This document shows, in pieces, positions 9,610 through 20,809 of a DNA stretch of 64,000 nucleotides. The notes beneath the pieces are model-generated. The model did no database searches. It had not been told where the DNA came from and saw nothing but the letters and a program-made list of their open reading frames with translations. Positions within the stretch are counted from its first letter, which is position 1; each line of letters opens with the position of its first letter. Origin of the DNA: Tetramitus jugosus (lineage: Eukaryota; Protista; Heterolobosea); contig OW569373.1 of assembly GCA_937625935.1 (NCBI GenBank), forward strand, positions 62,001 through 126,000, given 5' to 3'. A program made the translations under genes and the position numbers.

Positions 9610-10887
9610 ATGACTCAAATCTCAATCAAAGCGCTTATCGCGCTGTCCATTTTATTTCTCGCAACAAGTGTAGTAGTGACTCACTTGCTGCAACCAACTC
9701 TGGTCCAAGGCAAAGAAGAAGACAAACAGAAACAAGAAAGAAATTACTTTGGATCACTCTATGATATCTATCGTACTGCTCCTGCAAACAAGTTTACAAC
9801 CTTCAACGAAAAATACTTTCTCCGATTGAACAATGAAATGAAGGAAGCAGAATTTCAATTCTATGCCCAGAGGGAACCATTAATTGTGGTCTATGTCGAT
9901 ATGCAAGTGTACTTTTATGATCGTTCAATTGACTTTGAACGATACGGTTTCGATCCAGTCAAAGTGTACAATCGTACGTACACGCTCGATGCGTATCACA
10001 TTATGAAAACATTTGCACATTCTTCATTGTATCTGTACTACAAGTTTGCAGTGCGTCTCATACATCAATATACGACCATGAGGGGACAGTATGAAACAAG
10101 TGAGAATGATGACCAACGGAAGAAGCATCGTGATATAGCTGACATGCTCAAATCTGTCAAAGTGAAACTCTGGGGCTCTAATTCCATGGTTGACAATGAG
10201 TTGATTCACGATGTGTCTCAATTCATGCAAGAGTTGAATGATATGGAGTCGGATATGCAAAACACGATGAATCAATTGTGTGGTCAGTTCAGAGATACTC
10301 GTGAGAGTGAACATCGCTATCTCATTCATTCCATTGTTCAGATGAATCGTGAATTCATCAGTGGATTGTTTCGACCAGAATCTGAGCTCACTTTCGACAC
10401 GTTGAACCACTTTGCAAGAAAGTCAATGCCCACACTGATGAAAACAACGGAATTATCTGTTCGCTCCACACTGGCACACTTGAATTATCTCATTGATCGT
10501 TGGAGACAAGATCGTCACATCTCTGATGAGGAATACTCGCGTACAAGAGTGTTAATTATTGCTGGTGCGAGTCCACGAAAGCACTGTATGCAATCACAGT
10601 TCTTTATGCATGCTTTGAATCAGACACACATGGGTGACAGAGTCATTTATGCAGAAAACATGTATCAGACCGAACAAGCTCTGAACAGGCTCAAAACTGT
10701 GTACAATGATCTCACTGTGGGTCAGTCCTTCTTTAATGACAAATTCCGAATGCAACAAGACCTTTTGGCAGACACAGTTAAGGAATTACTGAACAAGAAG
10801 GATCTGAATTTAACTCAGGACTTTTTGGACATGATCAAACAATGTCCGTTCCTCAGCCGTCAAAGGCGTTATCTTTCATTTCTGTAA
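9610..10887 (+). CDS. Secreted or signal-anchored alpha-helical protein of unknown function
   Basis: Long ORF. ATG 9610 is followed by hydrophobic ALIALSILFLATSVVVTHLL. The C-terminal half has motif-like segments GASPRK...QFF, RVIYAEN and VGQSFFND..RMQQDLL. Confidence 0.75.
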   Translation: MTQISIKALIALSILFLATSVVVTHLLQPTLVQGKEEDKQKQERNYFGSLYDIYRTAPANKFTTFNEKYFLRLNNEMKEAEFQFYAQREPLIVVYVDMQVYFYDRSIDFERYGFDPVKVYNRTYTLDAYHIMKTFAHSSLYLYYKFAVRLIHQYTTMRGQYETSENDDQRKKHRDIADMLKSVKVKLWGSNSMVDNELIHDVSQFMQELNDMESDMQNTMNQLCGQFRDTRESEHRYLIHSIVQMNREFISGLFRPESELTFDTLNHFARKSMPTLMKTTELSVRSTLAHLNYLIDRWRQDRHISDEEYSRTRVLIIAGASPRKHCMQSQFFMHALNQTHMGDRVIYAENMYQTEQALNRLKTVYNDLTVGQSFFNDKFRMQQDLLADTVKELLNKKDLNLTQDFLDMIKQCPFLSRQRRYLSFL

Positions 10888-11378
10888 ATATGTTTATTCG
10901 CGCCGGGAGTTGGTTGTCCGCTCCGAGAAGTCCAAGACACATACATTGAGTGCCTCAACAGTTCAACCTGTTTATCACGGAAGAATGAAAGGAACAAACT
11001 CTTCGTGTACCTATTACCATACATGGGTTAACCAAGAAAGGAATTCGATTTTTTTGGGCCTGGAGTCAGATTGTTGAGAGACATGGACGATAGGATTCAA
11101 ATGAGAGCGCCGCGAGAGCGTATCCTCAACTCAGATACCCTTTTTCCTTTGTTTCTCCCAAGTGTCTACTTGTGGACCAAGGAACCACTCCCAACAGACC
11201 CATTAGTAGCATCATCTCTCACCATAAAATCACTCTCATGACAAGGCACTCAGCTGTGTGTCTCGTGTGAGGAAGATTTCCAACTTGCCACACCGAGCAA
11301 ACGAGTGAACAACCCACACACATTATCCAACCCTTTGTAAAAACGGTGTTTTGCTCTTTCGGTTGTAACCAACAAAAA

Positions 11379-12338
11379 ATGGTCTCTCATTCCATGACGA
11401 TGACGACCCTACACAATGGTGCTTCTGGTGGTGGTCAGCAGGACGACTTGACTCACCTCAACAATTCCAGCAGACCCCTGCGCTCCTCTAACATGACAGC
11501 GCTAGTTCAAAAAGAGGAAGAAGAGGTGACATCCTCCTCCACAACAACCACAACAACTATGACTACCACGATTCTACGGCCATTAACAACATCTAGAGCT
11601 AGGAGTAACTCCAGGATAACTAACAAGACACAGATACCACCCATCATTACTACGAGAAGCATCCCAAGACACCAAAGCTTTATCAAAGAAGAAGAATCAA
11701 CTTACCGTTGTTCAATTAAGACTTCACATGGAAGTGATGAAGAAGGACGAATGAATGTTGACGAAGAGAGTGAAGAAGATCTTGTCTCACCTCCTATCAC
11801 TCCACTCAGCTCTGTTTCCTCGTCTCCAACTTCATCTGTTTTAAGCATTTCAAAAGCTCAGCTCGCTGCCTTCTTCTCCCTGCCCCAACCAGAAGCCGCC
11901 AAAAGACTAGGAATTTCATTGTCGACGTTGAAGCGGCGATTTTATGAGATGTACGGCGGAGGACAGCGATGGCCCTACGTGCTATACAAGAGAGCATACA
12001 GGAAGACTAGGTTGAGCTTTTTGGTGAATCGTGCCAATAAGCCAACAAAGACGTTGGATCCCCATACGATTCATGCTCTGAAATTGGCTTTTGCAAAGTA
12101 TTCGAAGAGTTCTTCCGTTGTTGTTGGTGCAACGAATCACTCTCCTCAACGTAGTCCTCCTTCTCATGTGATTGGTGGTCACCAGTATCACAACAGCTCA
12201 AATTATAGTAGCTTTCATAACAATAGCTATCAACAGTATTCTCCTACGACTCCTACTGGAGCTGCTAGAGTGGAAAACAATGGTGCAAGTAGAGGCCATT
12301 TGTCTCTGCAACAACACATCCAATCAATTTACAAGTAA
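11379..12338 (+). CDS. RWP-RK domain transcription factor
   Basis: ISKAQLAAFFSLPQPEAAKRLGISLSTLKRRFYE...RWPY matches the RWP-RK helix-turn-helix, with low-complexity flanks. First ATG at 11379. Confidence 0.88.
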   Translation: MVSHSMTMTTLHNGASGGGQQDDLTHLNNSSRPLRSSNMTALVQKEEEEVTSSSTTTTTTMTTTILRPLTTSRARSNSRITNKTQIPPIITTRSIPRHQSFIKEEESTYRCSIKTSHGSDEEGRMNVDEESEEDLVSPPITPLSSVSSSPTSSVLSISKAQLAAFFSLPQPEAAKRLGISLSTLKRRFYEMYGGGQRWPYVLYKRAYRKTRLSFLVNRANKPTKTLDPHTIHALKLAFAKYSKSSSVVVGATNHSPQRSPPSHVIGGHQYHNSSNYSSFHNNSYQQYSPTTPTGAARVENNGASRGHLSLQQHIQSIYK

Positions 12339-12766
12339 CGTCCATCTCCTCCATTGAAGGACAAAGAAATTTGACTCCATAGAGATTCGCAACTAGGCAT
12401 TTCGAAGAAGCACAAAAGAGAGAAGGATTCACTTTCTAAGCAGAAACAATAGAGGAAGTGGGCGACGTTTCGGATGATCGAAAGTCAAAAGGGATCTGAA
12501 TCGCGTGCGCGAAACGAACGATTCACGATCATCTAATACCCAAAGTGAAAAGCAGTTAGTTTTGGTGCTATCACCATTTTTGGGATATGTTATCCATGAT
12601 CAAATACAAGTTTTTAATTTTTTGTTAAGTTTCTCATACGTCTTGTTTGCACAAGAATGTTGTTGTGACACATTTACACGTGTAGGAGCGCTGCAACGAT
12701 TCATCCGGACGTGGCACCAAGAATTTCCTCAGCAACGACAACGGCTTAATCTCACAACTACCATAC

Positions 12767-13975
12767 TTACTGCTTAGGGGATGGAGGCAGTAAAGCAATC
12801 GGTTTGTCGTAATAATCAAGTACTCGAATTGTGGAACCAATCTTGATGCTCTTGCCAATGTCAGCTTCTGTGTTGACAGTGTTAATACCAAATACTGGTT
12901 GCTCATACACTGGATTCATATGAATCTCTCTCAGCTTCTGAAATGGACCATTCTTCCAATCACTTCTCCCTCCTGTTTCGGGGTTAACATTTGGCAAGGT
13001 ACACCGTGTTGTCACCTGCAGGTTATACATGTTCACAACCTTGGCCGGAATAATCTCTTTACTGTTCTCATATCCAGGTTGGACAATCTCAATACGCTTC
13101 CACTTTTCTTCGCTAAACGGTGTCAGGTTTTGGTTTCTCCCAACTACGAAGTTCGGTCTAAATCGAACCATGCTCACTTTCTCAGTCAATTGCTCATTAA
13201 GAACGTCCAATGAGTTCATTGTTGTCAAATGGAATGGGAATTCATCACTAAGATTGTTTTGAACAACTGGCTTAAAATTTGGAGAGTCACCATATTCATC
13301 TTCGAGATGATTGTAATAATAATCATCTGGTGTCCGGTCCAAATTCTGAGGCATCATGCAAAGTCTTAAGCCCTCCTTGTTCAACACATGACACAGCCAC
13401 TCGCTCACATGATCACCCATATCCAACAAGGAGCACGCTTTACCCCACAGTTCGACTCCAACAGTCTCAAACTGACTCTCATTGGAATAGAATTCTGATT
13501 TCATGACGTACACATTCTCGTTACCCTCATCTTCTGTGACATCTTTGGATGGCTCATGATCGCGAGTGTACATTGTAAGAGTACCACTCTCTAGATCAAC
13601 ACGACTACCAATCAAGGACATTCTGGGCAGTTGTCTCTGAGAAATCAGCATGTATGCAGCATCTGTCTTGAAGGTTGAGTTGTCCTTTTCACTCATTGTA
13701 GGCTTCTTTTGAATGATCATCCATTGGCGATCGAATAATAGTCCTCTGAGACCAATAGACCAAACATCCACACTCATTCCCTTGCATGACTTGACTGGAT
13801 AGACGAGAATCTCTTCAATCTTTAATCCAGTGTCCTTGTTCTTCTTCTTGTTTCCATAGTACCACATGGCCAGAGCAGGAATCGAAAGAGAGATCAAAGT
13901 GCCCGCCCATAGAAAATAGTGCCTCTTGGCATAATAGTCTGACAAGGGAATACCCAAGAACTGCATTCCTAACAT
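12767..13975 (-). CDS. MOSC-domain protein (mARC-like molybdoenzyme) with N-terminal TM anchor
   Basis: MOSC_N motifs VYPVKSCKG and DRQWMI. MOSC motifs SDEFPFHL, RFRPNFVV, and TRCTLPNVNP carrying the Mo-ligand Cys. Hydrophobic N-terminal anchor. Confidence 0.9.
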   Translation of the reverse strand: MLGMQFLGIPLSDYYAKRHYFLWAGTLISLSIPALAMWYYGNKKKNKDTGLKIEEILVYPVKSCKGMSVDVWSIGLRGLLFDRQWMIIQKKPTMSEKDNSTFKTDAAYMLISQRQLPRMSLIGSRVDLESGTLTMYTRDHEPSKDVTEDEGNENVYVMKSEFYSNESQFETVGVELWGKACSLLDMGDHVSEWLCHVLNKEGLRLCMMPQNLDRTPDDYYYNHLEDEYGDSPNFKPVVQNNLSDEFPFHLTTMNSLDVLNEQLTEKVSMVRFRPNFVVGRNQNLTPFSEEKWKRIEIVQPGYENSKEIIPAKVVNMYNLQVTTRCTLPNVNPETGGRSDWKNGPFQKLREIHMNPVYEQPVFGINTVNTEADIGKSIKIGSTIRVLDYYDKPIALLPPSPKQ

Positions 13976-14098
13976 TTCTTTTCTCCGTCTGTAATTTGTC
14001 CCGATAATCTCCGATTGAATGAACATCGAACTTTACGGTTTGTCACTTTGAATGCCACATTTATTAAGTCAAATAAATAACAAGAAAGGAATGATGAT

Positions 14099-17000
14099 TC
14101 AAACATCCATGAGCTCGACGGCAACCTTGGAAAGATCAGTGAATCGTTGGAATTCTTGTGTCGTCGCAAATCTTGTGTATGTGTCACAAATGTTGATCAT
14201 AATCTCATTGTAAATACTCAAGAGAACTTCTTCTGACTCTGAAGCTGAAAGATTCTCACTTCGAAGAGCTGCTTCAAACTTCTTCTTGCTCTTTGCAGGC
14301 AAATTGATCTCATAGGTTGATCCAGATTGAATGTACATTTCTTGAATCCTCTTCAAATCTTCCATTCTTTGTTGATTGCTGCTGACCATGTTGGAACTTC
14401 GAGCTAATTCGAGCTCTTTCCACAGTAAAATGTTCTCCAATGAAAATTCTTTCTTGGCATAGTTGGAAATTGCTTTGAAGCCATATTCGTTCTTCAACAG
14501 CTGCATCAATTCTTGTTCCACAGTACTCACTGTACTTCCAGATTTCAAATCATTGACATAAGTCTTCAAAGATTCATACTTCTCATGCTCGCTGTGGAAC
14601 TTGAATCGATGAATCAATCGAACAAGCACAATGTAACCTCCAAAAGATATGATTCTCATTGCAATGTAAGCAAGATCAAACAGGAATTCAATGATCTTTG
14701 CTGCTGAATTCGGCTTTGCGTTCTTATTGAATCGATCTGAAATACCGACAATGTAGGACACAACCATGAGTAACATGGCAAAAGTCATGAATATTGATTC
14801 GACTCGGAACTGCAGAGGATCATCGACCGTGAAATGATTGTAGAGAATCGATCCAACTGCCTTGACTGACTCAAGCTCCACTGATTTCGCATCTGCATTC
14901 TTGTTGACCATATCGCTTGTTCTATGGAACACTTTCCGTGAGAGAACAAAGCTCAAATCCCAGAAGAATAGTGAGAGAATCAAGATAGCAATGACAACAG
15001 ACATACTGGCAAACGATACAGCATTGAGTGTTGTTGCCGAACTGGCCTTGATTGCATTCGTAGATTCTGCAATCGAGAATAACACATAATATATGCAACT
15101 GAGCACCATGATGCTGATTGCAAGAAAGATGTAAACCAACTTGGAGGATAGAAGTTTGAGCATTCTCATCTTGATATGATTTGGATTCTCCACATCCATG
15201 AATGCATACAAATTCTTCATGAACAAGTATCGAGCCATTTGCCAAAAGTAGACGAATAGAGAAACGAGCACGATCGGATTGGAGATAGATATGATGATAT
15301 AGGCAATAGAATTCACTCCTCTAAACTCTTTGTTTGTCGATGCATTAATGAGCAGTGAGTTCCTAATAATTCCATTCAATATGCATTCAACAATGATTGC
15401 CGAAAGACCAATGTATGGTGCCAAGAATCGAGATTGAATTGGCTGCTTGTTTCGATAGATCGCAATGAAAATCAGCAGCGAAAGTGAAAAAATAGCCAGT
15501 ATCGAATACACAACAATGCTGGTGATATACAGTCCATCTGATGCTTTGTTTGGCTGCTTGGGATCATAAATGATAAATGCAGAGAAGCTTGTCGTGTGAT
15601 TGCAGTGGCAAACAACTTCAGAACTTGTTTCAGAGAACAAGTAACATCCAGACACATCCCATGAATTGTCTGTCGTTTCATCCCAATATCGACAATCATA
15701 ACGATACTTTCCGTTCATCAATGAATCATATTGCTTCTTCTGAATCACAATTTCGATTGGGCTGCTCAGATTCTGAACTGCTACTTTGGTGTTGTTCGAA
15801 ACAATTCTGAAGCTGACAACTGATGAACTCAGATTTTGTGAAGCTTGACTCCAAGAGAAAGGATGATTTGCACCTCCAAAGCTCATCATTTCCACTGCAT
15901 ATCTCTCATTTGGTGTCATCTTCTCTGATATTGCTTCAGGCAACATTACTTGAGAAGCATTGGTGCTGAATGATGAATTTGCTATCTGTTCTGCAATGTC
16001 CACTTTGATAATCATTTCAACAAATTGTGTTTGAATGATAGTCGCAGGCTCTGACAACAACTTTTCAGAGATGATGATCGAACTGAGTCTGCCCAACGAA
16101 CTAACTGTGTCATTGATGATAACAGATGAATTCTGATTGAAACTGAGTTGAATATTGGAAATGGAGGATGCAATTCTTTGATACTGACCTTCCAGTCGAA
16201 TGGTACTGTTGTCCATTACAACATCCATGATTGTGTTGATAGATTTCAAGGCAGATACACCAGTGGTAGGCGTGATGTACGATGTATTCTGCGTCAATCG
16301 TTCAAAGTTGAAAATTCCTGAAGTGATGCTTGATAAACTCAAGCTTCCAGTTCGGTTTCTTTCCTTCTCAAGTTCGTTTGAGATAATACCCACCACATCC
16401 CGAATAATCGTTGTCATATTGGATACCGAGTTCTGATTACTTTCAATTTCTTGAACAATTGATGTGGTTATAGTGTTCATCAAAGATGCTGAATAGTTTG
16501 TTGATAATGATGTCAATGTGTTCTGTACACTTTCCATTGTGGGTGCACTGACAGAGATGTTCAATGAACGAGAGGCTGTAGAACCCAATACATCTTCCAC
16601 AACACATCTAACCTCAAGTAGATTGCGATCGTAGCCTCGTGGAAGCTTTGTATTCAACAAACCAGATGTTGAGAACAGATTCAAAGGCTCATAGACACTC
16701 AATTGAGGATTCCATAGGTAGTAAGAGTATTGGATCGATGATGCAGTAGAATTGTCCATTGTTGCAGAGAGCGTGAATAATGTATCCAAAGCAACACCAT
16801 TGTTTGGGGAGATGGTAAAGTTGGAGATGGAAGGAAGAGAACCTGTTCGTAAGATCACCGAATCTGTACTAACATACCCGAGGTTCATCACAGTTAAACC
16901 AACTGTGTAGTTTTGTTGAATTGAGAGAGTTCCTTCCGGTAGAGTCAATGGTGAATAAGTAGCTGACTGTTTCTTGAAAATACTGTTGCCGTCTGATTTG

Positions 17001-20000
17001 CTCACAGTCCATACGAAAATTGCTGCTGTCCTGTTCGTTAGAGTGATATCGGCCTCAATACTGAGCTTCTTTTGAGCACTCACTAACAGTAATGAGAGTT
17101 TGTTTGCAATCTGCACAACAGGAATATCCGGATTGGCAGAGACTCGTATTATCATAGAGGTCGTATTTCTCCATGATGTCATCGTGTCTTGCATAAAACT
17201 GTATTGCATCTTAATCTCGTAATCCCCAATCTTGTTCTCCTTAAAGCTTACCGATTTGTTGCTGCTCACGGGAAAGCTCTCACACTGAGCACAGGTCCAC
17301 ACGAAGGCAATATTGTATGAGCTAAGGTAAAGCTCCTCTGGCTTCAATATTGAGACTTCTTGTTGTCGCACATTTGACTTACTAGCCACTATATCGATAG
17401 TTGGAGCGATGACGTTGAATGAGAAGGCAGTGGTGGTTATCTGATCTCCAATATACAATTGGATCGAAACACTTCTCTGGCCTGTTGTTTGATTGGAAAA
17501 CAATTCAAACGAATAGTTGTTGCCACTTTGAGTAATTGCGTTCATTGCACTTCCACCAATCATCCATAATTTTGGTTGATCCACAATACAAGTGGGTATG
17601 CTTCCAACTGTTGCTGTAATGTTGAACTTAAAACCATAAATCACTTTGTCCAAGCCAGATACACTGAGTGAGATCGCATTGGATGGCTGTCTTCGGGTGA
17701 AGTTCTGAGAAACTTGATTACTTTGTCCAAAGATGGCAGTTGTGAGAGTGAACTGACCAGTTTGAGGAATCACACTTCGAGGAACGGTTATCTTGGTTGG
17801 ATCACTTGAAAAGTCAGAACTATTACTTATTAACAATCCATCAATTGAATGTTCCAGACGCCAAGTGACATGAATACTCTGCAATGATTGGAGCACAGCA
17901 ATGGAGAACGCCAAATCTTCACAAAATTGCAAATCTCTTGACTTCATCGTGACATTCAAACTCGAAGCTGAATCATTCCAGATGAGAGCACTCTGAGGAT
18001 CAGCGGTGCTCCTAATAGGAATGTATTCGAAAGATGTATCTTCTCCTCGATAGATTGCCTGTGGAACTTGAGATACCTGCATAGTATCAACTCCCCAGTA
18101 ATTAAATTGTGCATTCACTGTTGAACTTGAACCAACTTGCAAAATCAGAGGAGCACTCTGGAAGGTGTTGTTCTGAATCTGCATTGTTCCATACAGAGAA
18201 ACGAGAGTAGAACTAATTGGATAAGTGTTACCTGAGAAGATATTTCCAATGATCTGATACTTCTTGCTGGAGTAACATTGAGCTTTTAACAGCTCAATAC
18301 CACCGGCAAATGTCAAAGTGTTGTTCCTCACTTCATTGTTAGAGATGAAGATGATTGAATTCTCAGAAGAAGATTCAAAATACATGAATGGACTAGTTGA
18401 CACGACATTATTCTGGAATTGATTCTGATTGAATACTAATGATGCTTTCTCAATATTGAGATTGATACCCTTCTGAGTGATGCTGTTATTGAAGAATCGA
18501 TTCCATGAAATAGAATGAAACACAGGTGAGTTACTAGTCACAGAGTCGAGAAGGATTAATTGTTGACATCCTTCAAACACATTACTTTGAATTGTTGCGT
18601 TAGAGTTCATCGAAATGACAAGGCCACCAAACGAGTTCAAAATATGATTCTGTGATACATCAACCCCCGAAACTGACTGAATAGTCAAAGTTTTGCCTGA
18701 ACTTGAAATAAACAAGTTATTCCAAATGCTCAACGTTGGTGCAACAACGCTCACTGCCAAGACGATGCTGTCCATAGTTGTTGAGTCAAAAGTACTGTTT
18801 CTGATTTTGGCAGTGAAAATCGAGAGACCAGAAATGTGGGTAGAGCTGGGAGCCATGTAAATATCATTTGCAAACAGTTGAGCCTGACTCCCAAGATCAA
18901 TTGTTTTCTGTGGATGAGACAATAAGATATCCACATTGTTCAAAGCAACTGTACGCCCTGCACCAACAACAATTTGACCAACATTGTTCGATGGATCAGT
19001 TGAACCAATTATAGTTCTATTGCTGCTATTTGGATCTTGGGTCGTCATATTCAACTGACAATCAATCGTAATTACTGTGTTTGGGTAGAGAAGAAGTGTT
19101 GCTCCATTGTTCACCTGTGTGTAAGCTCCGTTCAGAGTGAGACTTCGAGCAAACACATAGGTTGTATCACCTTGGAAAGTGAAGTCTGGAAATGAATAAT
19201 CCAAAGTGATCTTTAAAGAGACAAGTGATGCCTTGAGTGAACTCAAGAAAATGGGTTGATCTCCGATTGGCAACTCTTGTGTCACATTCTTTGTTGCAAT
19301 ATTTCCCATGACAATGATATTATCATTGTATCGTCGAATCTTGGGCGATGATCCGGACACATCCCTTCCTGAATAAATGATGGGAGTTCTTGATGTTGGG
19401 GTCAATGTTTTATCTATACTCAAGATAAATGAACCCATGGGCCGTGTGCTAAACTGAATAGTGCTTCCAAAAATCGACAAACCTCCTTGGGCAAGACCAA
19501 CCAGAGTCAGTATGTTGTTCTCATAACAAACATCACTGATGATCAAGTTTGAGTACACATAGGTAATAGTTGGATTAAGGAAGAGTCCAGTCGGTATATC
19601 ATTTGCATCTAGAATCATCTCGATGAAATTAATCGAAGAAGAGCCGGGAATATTCACAATGGCAAGCATTCGACCTAATGACTTTGATTTTGTCATTGCT
19701 GTGACACGTGAATCAGAAAGGCTCGCAGAGTCAAAATAGAAACGAGTGAAGCCACTAGGTTGTTGAGATGACCATACATCACCGACATTAATCATCACAA
19801 GTGCATAATAGATTGCCGCAGAATAGGTATCGACAGCATTCATTGCTTGACCCGCAATATAAACAACACCACTACCAGAATACTTGAGAATGGGTGCATT
19901 CGTCGAGTTGAATGTCATTGAAAACCTTGTCCCTGTAATCGTGCTCATCCAATCTTGGTTCAAACTGATTCCGTCAAGTGAAAAGAGAACAAGTGTTCGA

Positions 20001-20809
20001 GCTTCTTCACCACCCAATGCAATCACATTCTGACCAACAATGACCAAATCAGCCACCTGACAATTCGCTGCAGAGAAGACATCAGAGAACACGAGTTGAG
20101 GAGCGTTGATTGGATCAGAGCCATTGATCCTCTCCACATAACAATTGTAGACGCTAGTAGTCGATGAATATTGGGTTCCACCGACATAAATCATCACATC
20201 TGAACTTGCACCGCTTCCACTGAGAACACCCACACTGATCGTATTGAGTGTCAAAGCCGTAGATTGACTCAACTGTTTCACCCACAAGTAATCTCCTCTC
20301 CCTGACACTGCACAGACAAAATAATTGACAGCCATGGTAAAGTTCAACATTTGACCACAAATGATAAAGGAACCGAGAGGTGTCTGACCAAGAAAATACG
20401 CATTTCCATTCAAGTCAATATCCATATCAATTGCACCCACAGGAACTGCATTCTCCTTGACAACAGTATCCTGCACAAGAACATTGGTCACACGGTCAAC
20501 ATAAATGGAGATGGATCCTCCGACTTGCATAGTGTTGCCGCTCACCGATGACGATGATGTTGAAATGGTGGTCGCAGTGGACACGAGCCAATCCATGTTC
20601 ATAGCTTCAGTCGAAGTTGGTTGAGTTGGTACAGGAGGTAATGGAGGTGGTGGAACAAACGGAGATGGAGATGGAGATGGTATGGGTATGGGGATAGGTA
20701 TTACTTGACCATTGGTTAACACTTTGAGGCACAAGACTAAAATTACAGCAACCGCAATGAACAGCGATGTGAACTTTCTGTATCGCATGAAAGGATTGCG
20801 TTGCGTCAT
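14099..20809 (-). CDS. Large adhesion-type receptor: signal peptide, beta-propeller/beta-helix ectodomain, REJ/PKD-like region, GAIN/GPS, 7TM, C-terminal RGS domain
   Basis: Likely ATG at 20809 followed by a signal-like segment. Parallel beta-helix Asn repeats with NAQFNYWG. REJ-like PNNGVALDTLF. GPS CRYWD...WDVSGC...CHCNHTTSF. Seven hydrophobic segments. RGS-type AKKEFSLENILLW...YIQSGSTYEINL...DTYTRF. Confidence 0.88.
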   Translation of the reverse strand: MTQRNPFMRYRKFTSLFIAVAVILVLCLKVLTNGQVIPIPIPIPSPSPSPFVPPPPLPPVPTQPTSTEAMNMDWLVSTATTISTSSSSVSGNTMQVGGSISIYVDRVTNVLVQDTVVKENAVPVGAIDMDIDLNGNAYFLGQTPLGSFIICGQMLNFTMAVNYFVCAVSGRGDYLWVKQLSQSTALTLNTISVGVLSGSGASSDVMIYVGGTQYSSTTSVYNCYVERINGSDPINAPQLVFSDVFSAANCQVADLVIVGQNVIALGGEEARTLVLFSLDGISLNQDWMSTITGTRFSMTFNSTNAPILKYSGSGVVYIAGQAMNAVDTYSAAIYYALVMINVGDVWSSQQPSGFTRFYFDSASLSDSRVTAMTKSKSLGRMLAIVNIPGSSSINFIEMILDANDIPTGLFLNPTITYVYSNLIISDVCYENNILTLVGLAQGGLSIFGSTIQFSTRPMGSFILSIDKTLTPTSRTPIIYSGRDVSGSSPKIRRYNDNIIVMGNIATKNVTQELPIGDQPIFLSSLKASLVSLKITLDYSFPDFTFQGDTTYVFARSLTLNGAYTQVNNGATLLLYPNTVITIDCQLNMTTQDPNSSNRTIIGSTDPSNNVGQIVVGAGRTVALNNVDILLSHPQKTIDLGSQAQLFANDIYMAPSSTHISGLSIFTAKIRNSTFDSTTMDSIVLAVSVVAPTLSIWNNLFISSSGKTLTIQSVSGVDVSQNHILNSFGGLVISMNSNATIQSNVFEGCQQLILLDSVTSNSPVFHSISWNRFFNNSITQKGINLNIEKASLVFNQNQFQNNVVSTSPFMYFESSSENSIIFISNNEVRNNTLTFAGGIELLKAQCYSSKKYQIIGNIFSGNTYPISSTLVSLYGTMQIQNNTFQSAPLILQVGSSSTVNAQFNYWGVDTMQVSQVPQAIYRGEDTSFEYIPIRSTADPQSALIWNDSASSLNVTMKSRDLQFCEDLAFSIAVLQSLQSIHVTWRLEHSIDGLLISNSSDFSSDPTKITVPRSVIPQTGQFTLTTAIFGQSNQVSQNFTRRQPSNAISLSVSGLDKVIYGFKFNITATVGSIPTCIVDQPKLWMIGGSAMNAITQSGNNYSFELFSNQTTGQRSVSIQLYIGDQITTTAFSFNVIAPTIDIVASKSNVRQQEVSILKPEELYLSSYNIAFVWTCAQCESFPVSSNKSVSFKENKIGDYEIKMQYSFMQDTMTSWRNTTSMIIRVSANPDIPVVQIANKLSLLLVSAQKKLSIEADITLTNRTAAIFVWTVSKSDGNSIFKKQSATYSPLTLPEGTLSIQQNYTVGLTVMNLGYVSTDSVILRTGSLPSISNFTISPNNGVALDTLFTLSATMDNSTASSIQYSYYLWNPQLSVYEPLNLFSTSGLLNTKLPRGYDRNLLEVRCVVEDVLGSTASRSLNISVSAPTMESVQNTLTSLSTNYSASLMNTITTSIVQEIESNQNSVSNMTTIIRDVVGIISNELEKERNRTGSLSLSSITSGIFNFERLTQNTSYITPTTGVSALKSINTIMDVVMDNSTIRLEGQYQRIASSISNIQLSFNQNSSVIINDTVSSLGRLSSIIISEKLLSEPATIIQTQFVEMIIKVDIAEQIANSSFSTNASQVMLPEAISEKMTPNERYAVEMMSFGGANHPFSWSQASQNLSSSVVSFRIVSNNTKVAVQNLSSPIEIVIQKKQYDSLMNGKYRYDCRYWDETTDNSWDVSGCYLFSETSSEVVCHCNHTTSFSAFIIYDPKQPNKASDGLYITSIVVYSILAIFSLSLLIFIAIYRNKQPIQSRFLAPYIGLSAIIVECILNGIIRNSLLINASTNKEFRGVNSIAYIIISISNPIVLVSLFVYFWQMARYLFMKNLYAFMDVENPNHIKMRMLKLLSSKLVYIFLAISIMVLSCIYYVLFSIAESTNAIKASSATTLNAVSFASMSVVIAILILSLFFWDLSFVLSRKVFHRTSDMVNKNADAKSVELESVKAVGSILYNHFTVDDPLQFRVESIFMTFAMLLMVVSYIVGISDRFNKNAKPNSAAKIIEFLFDLAYIAMRIISFGGYIVLVRLIHRFKFHSEHEKYESLKTYVNDLKSGSTVSTVEQELMQLLKNEYGFKAISNYAKKEFSLENILLWKELELARSSNMVSSNQQRMEDLKRIQEMYIQSGSTYEINLPAKSKKKFEAALRSENLSASESEEVLLSIYNEIMINICDTYTRFATTQEFQRFTDLSKVAVELMDV

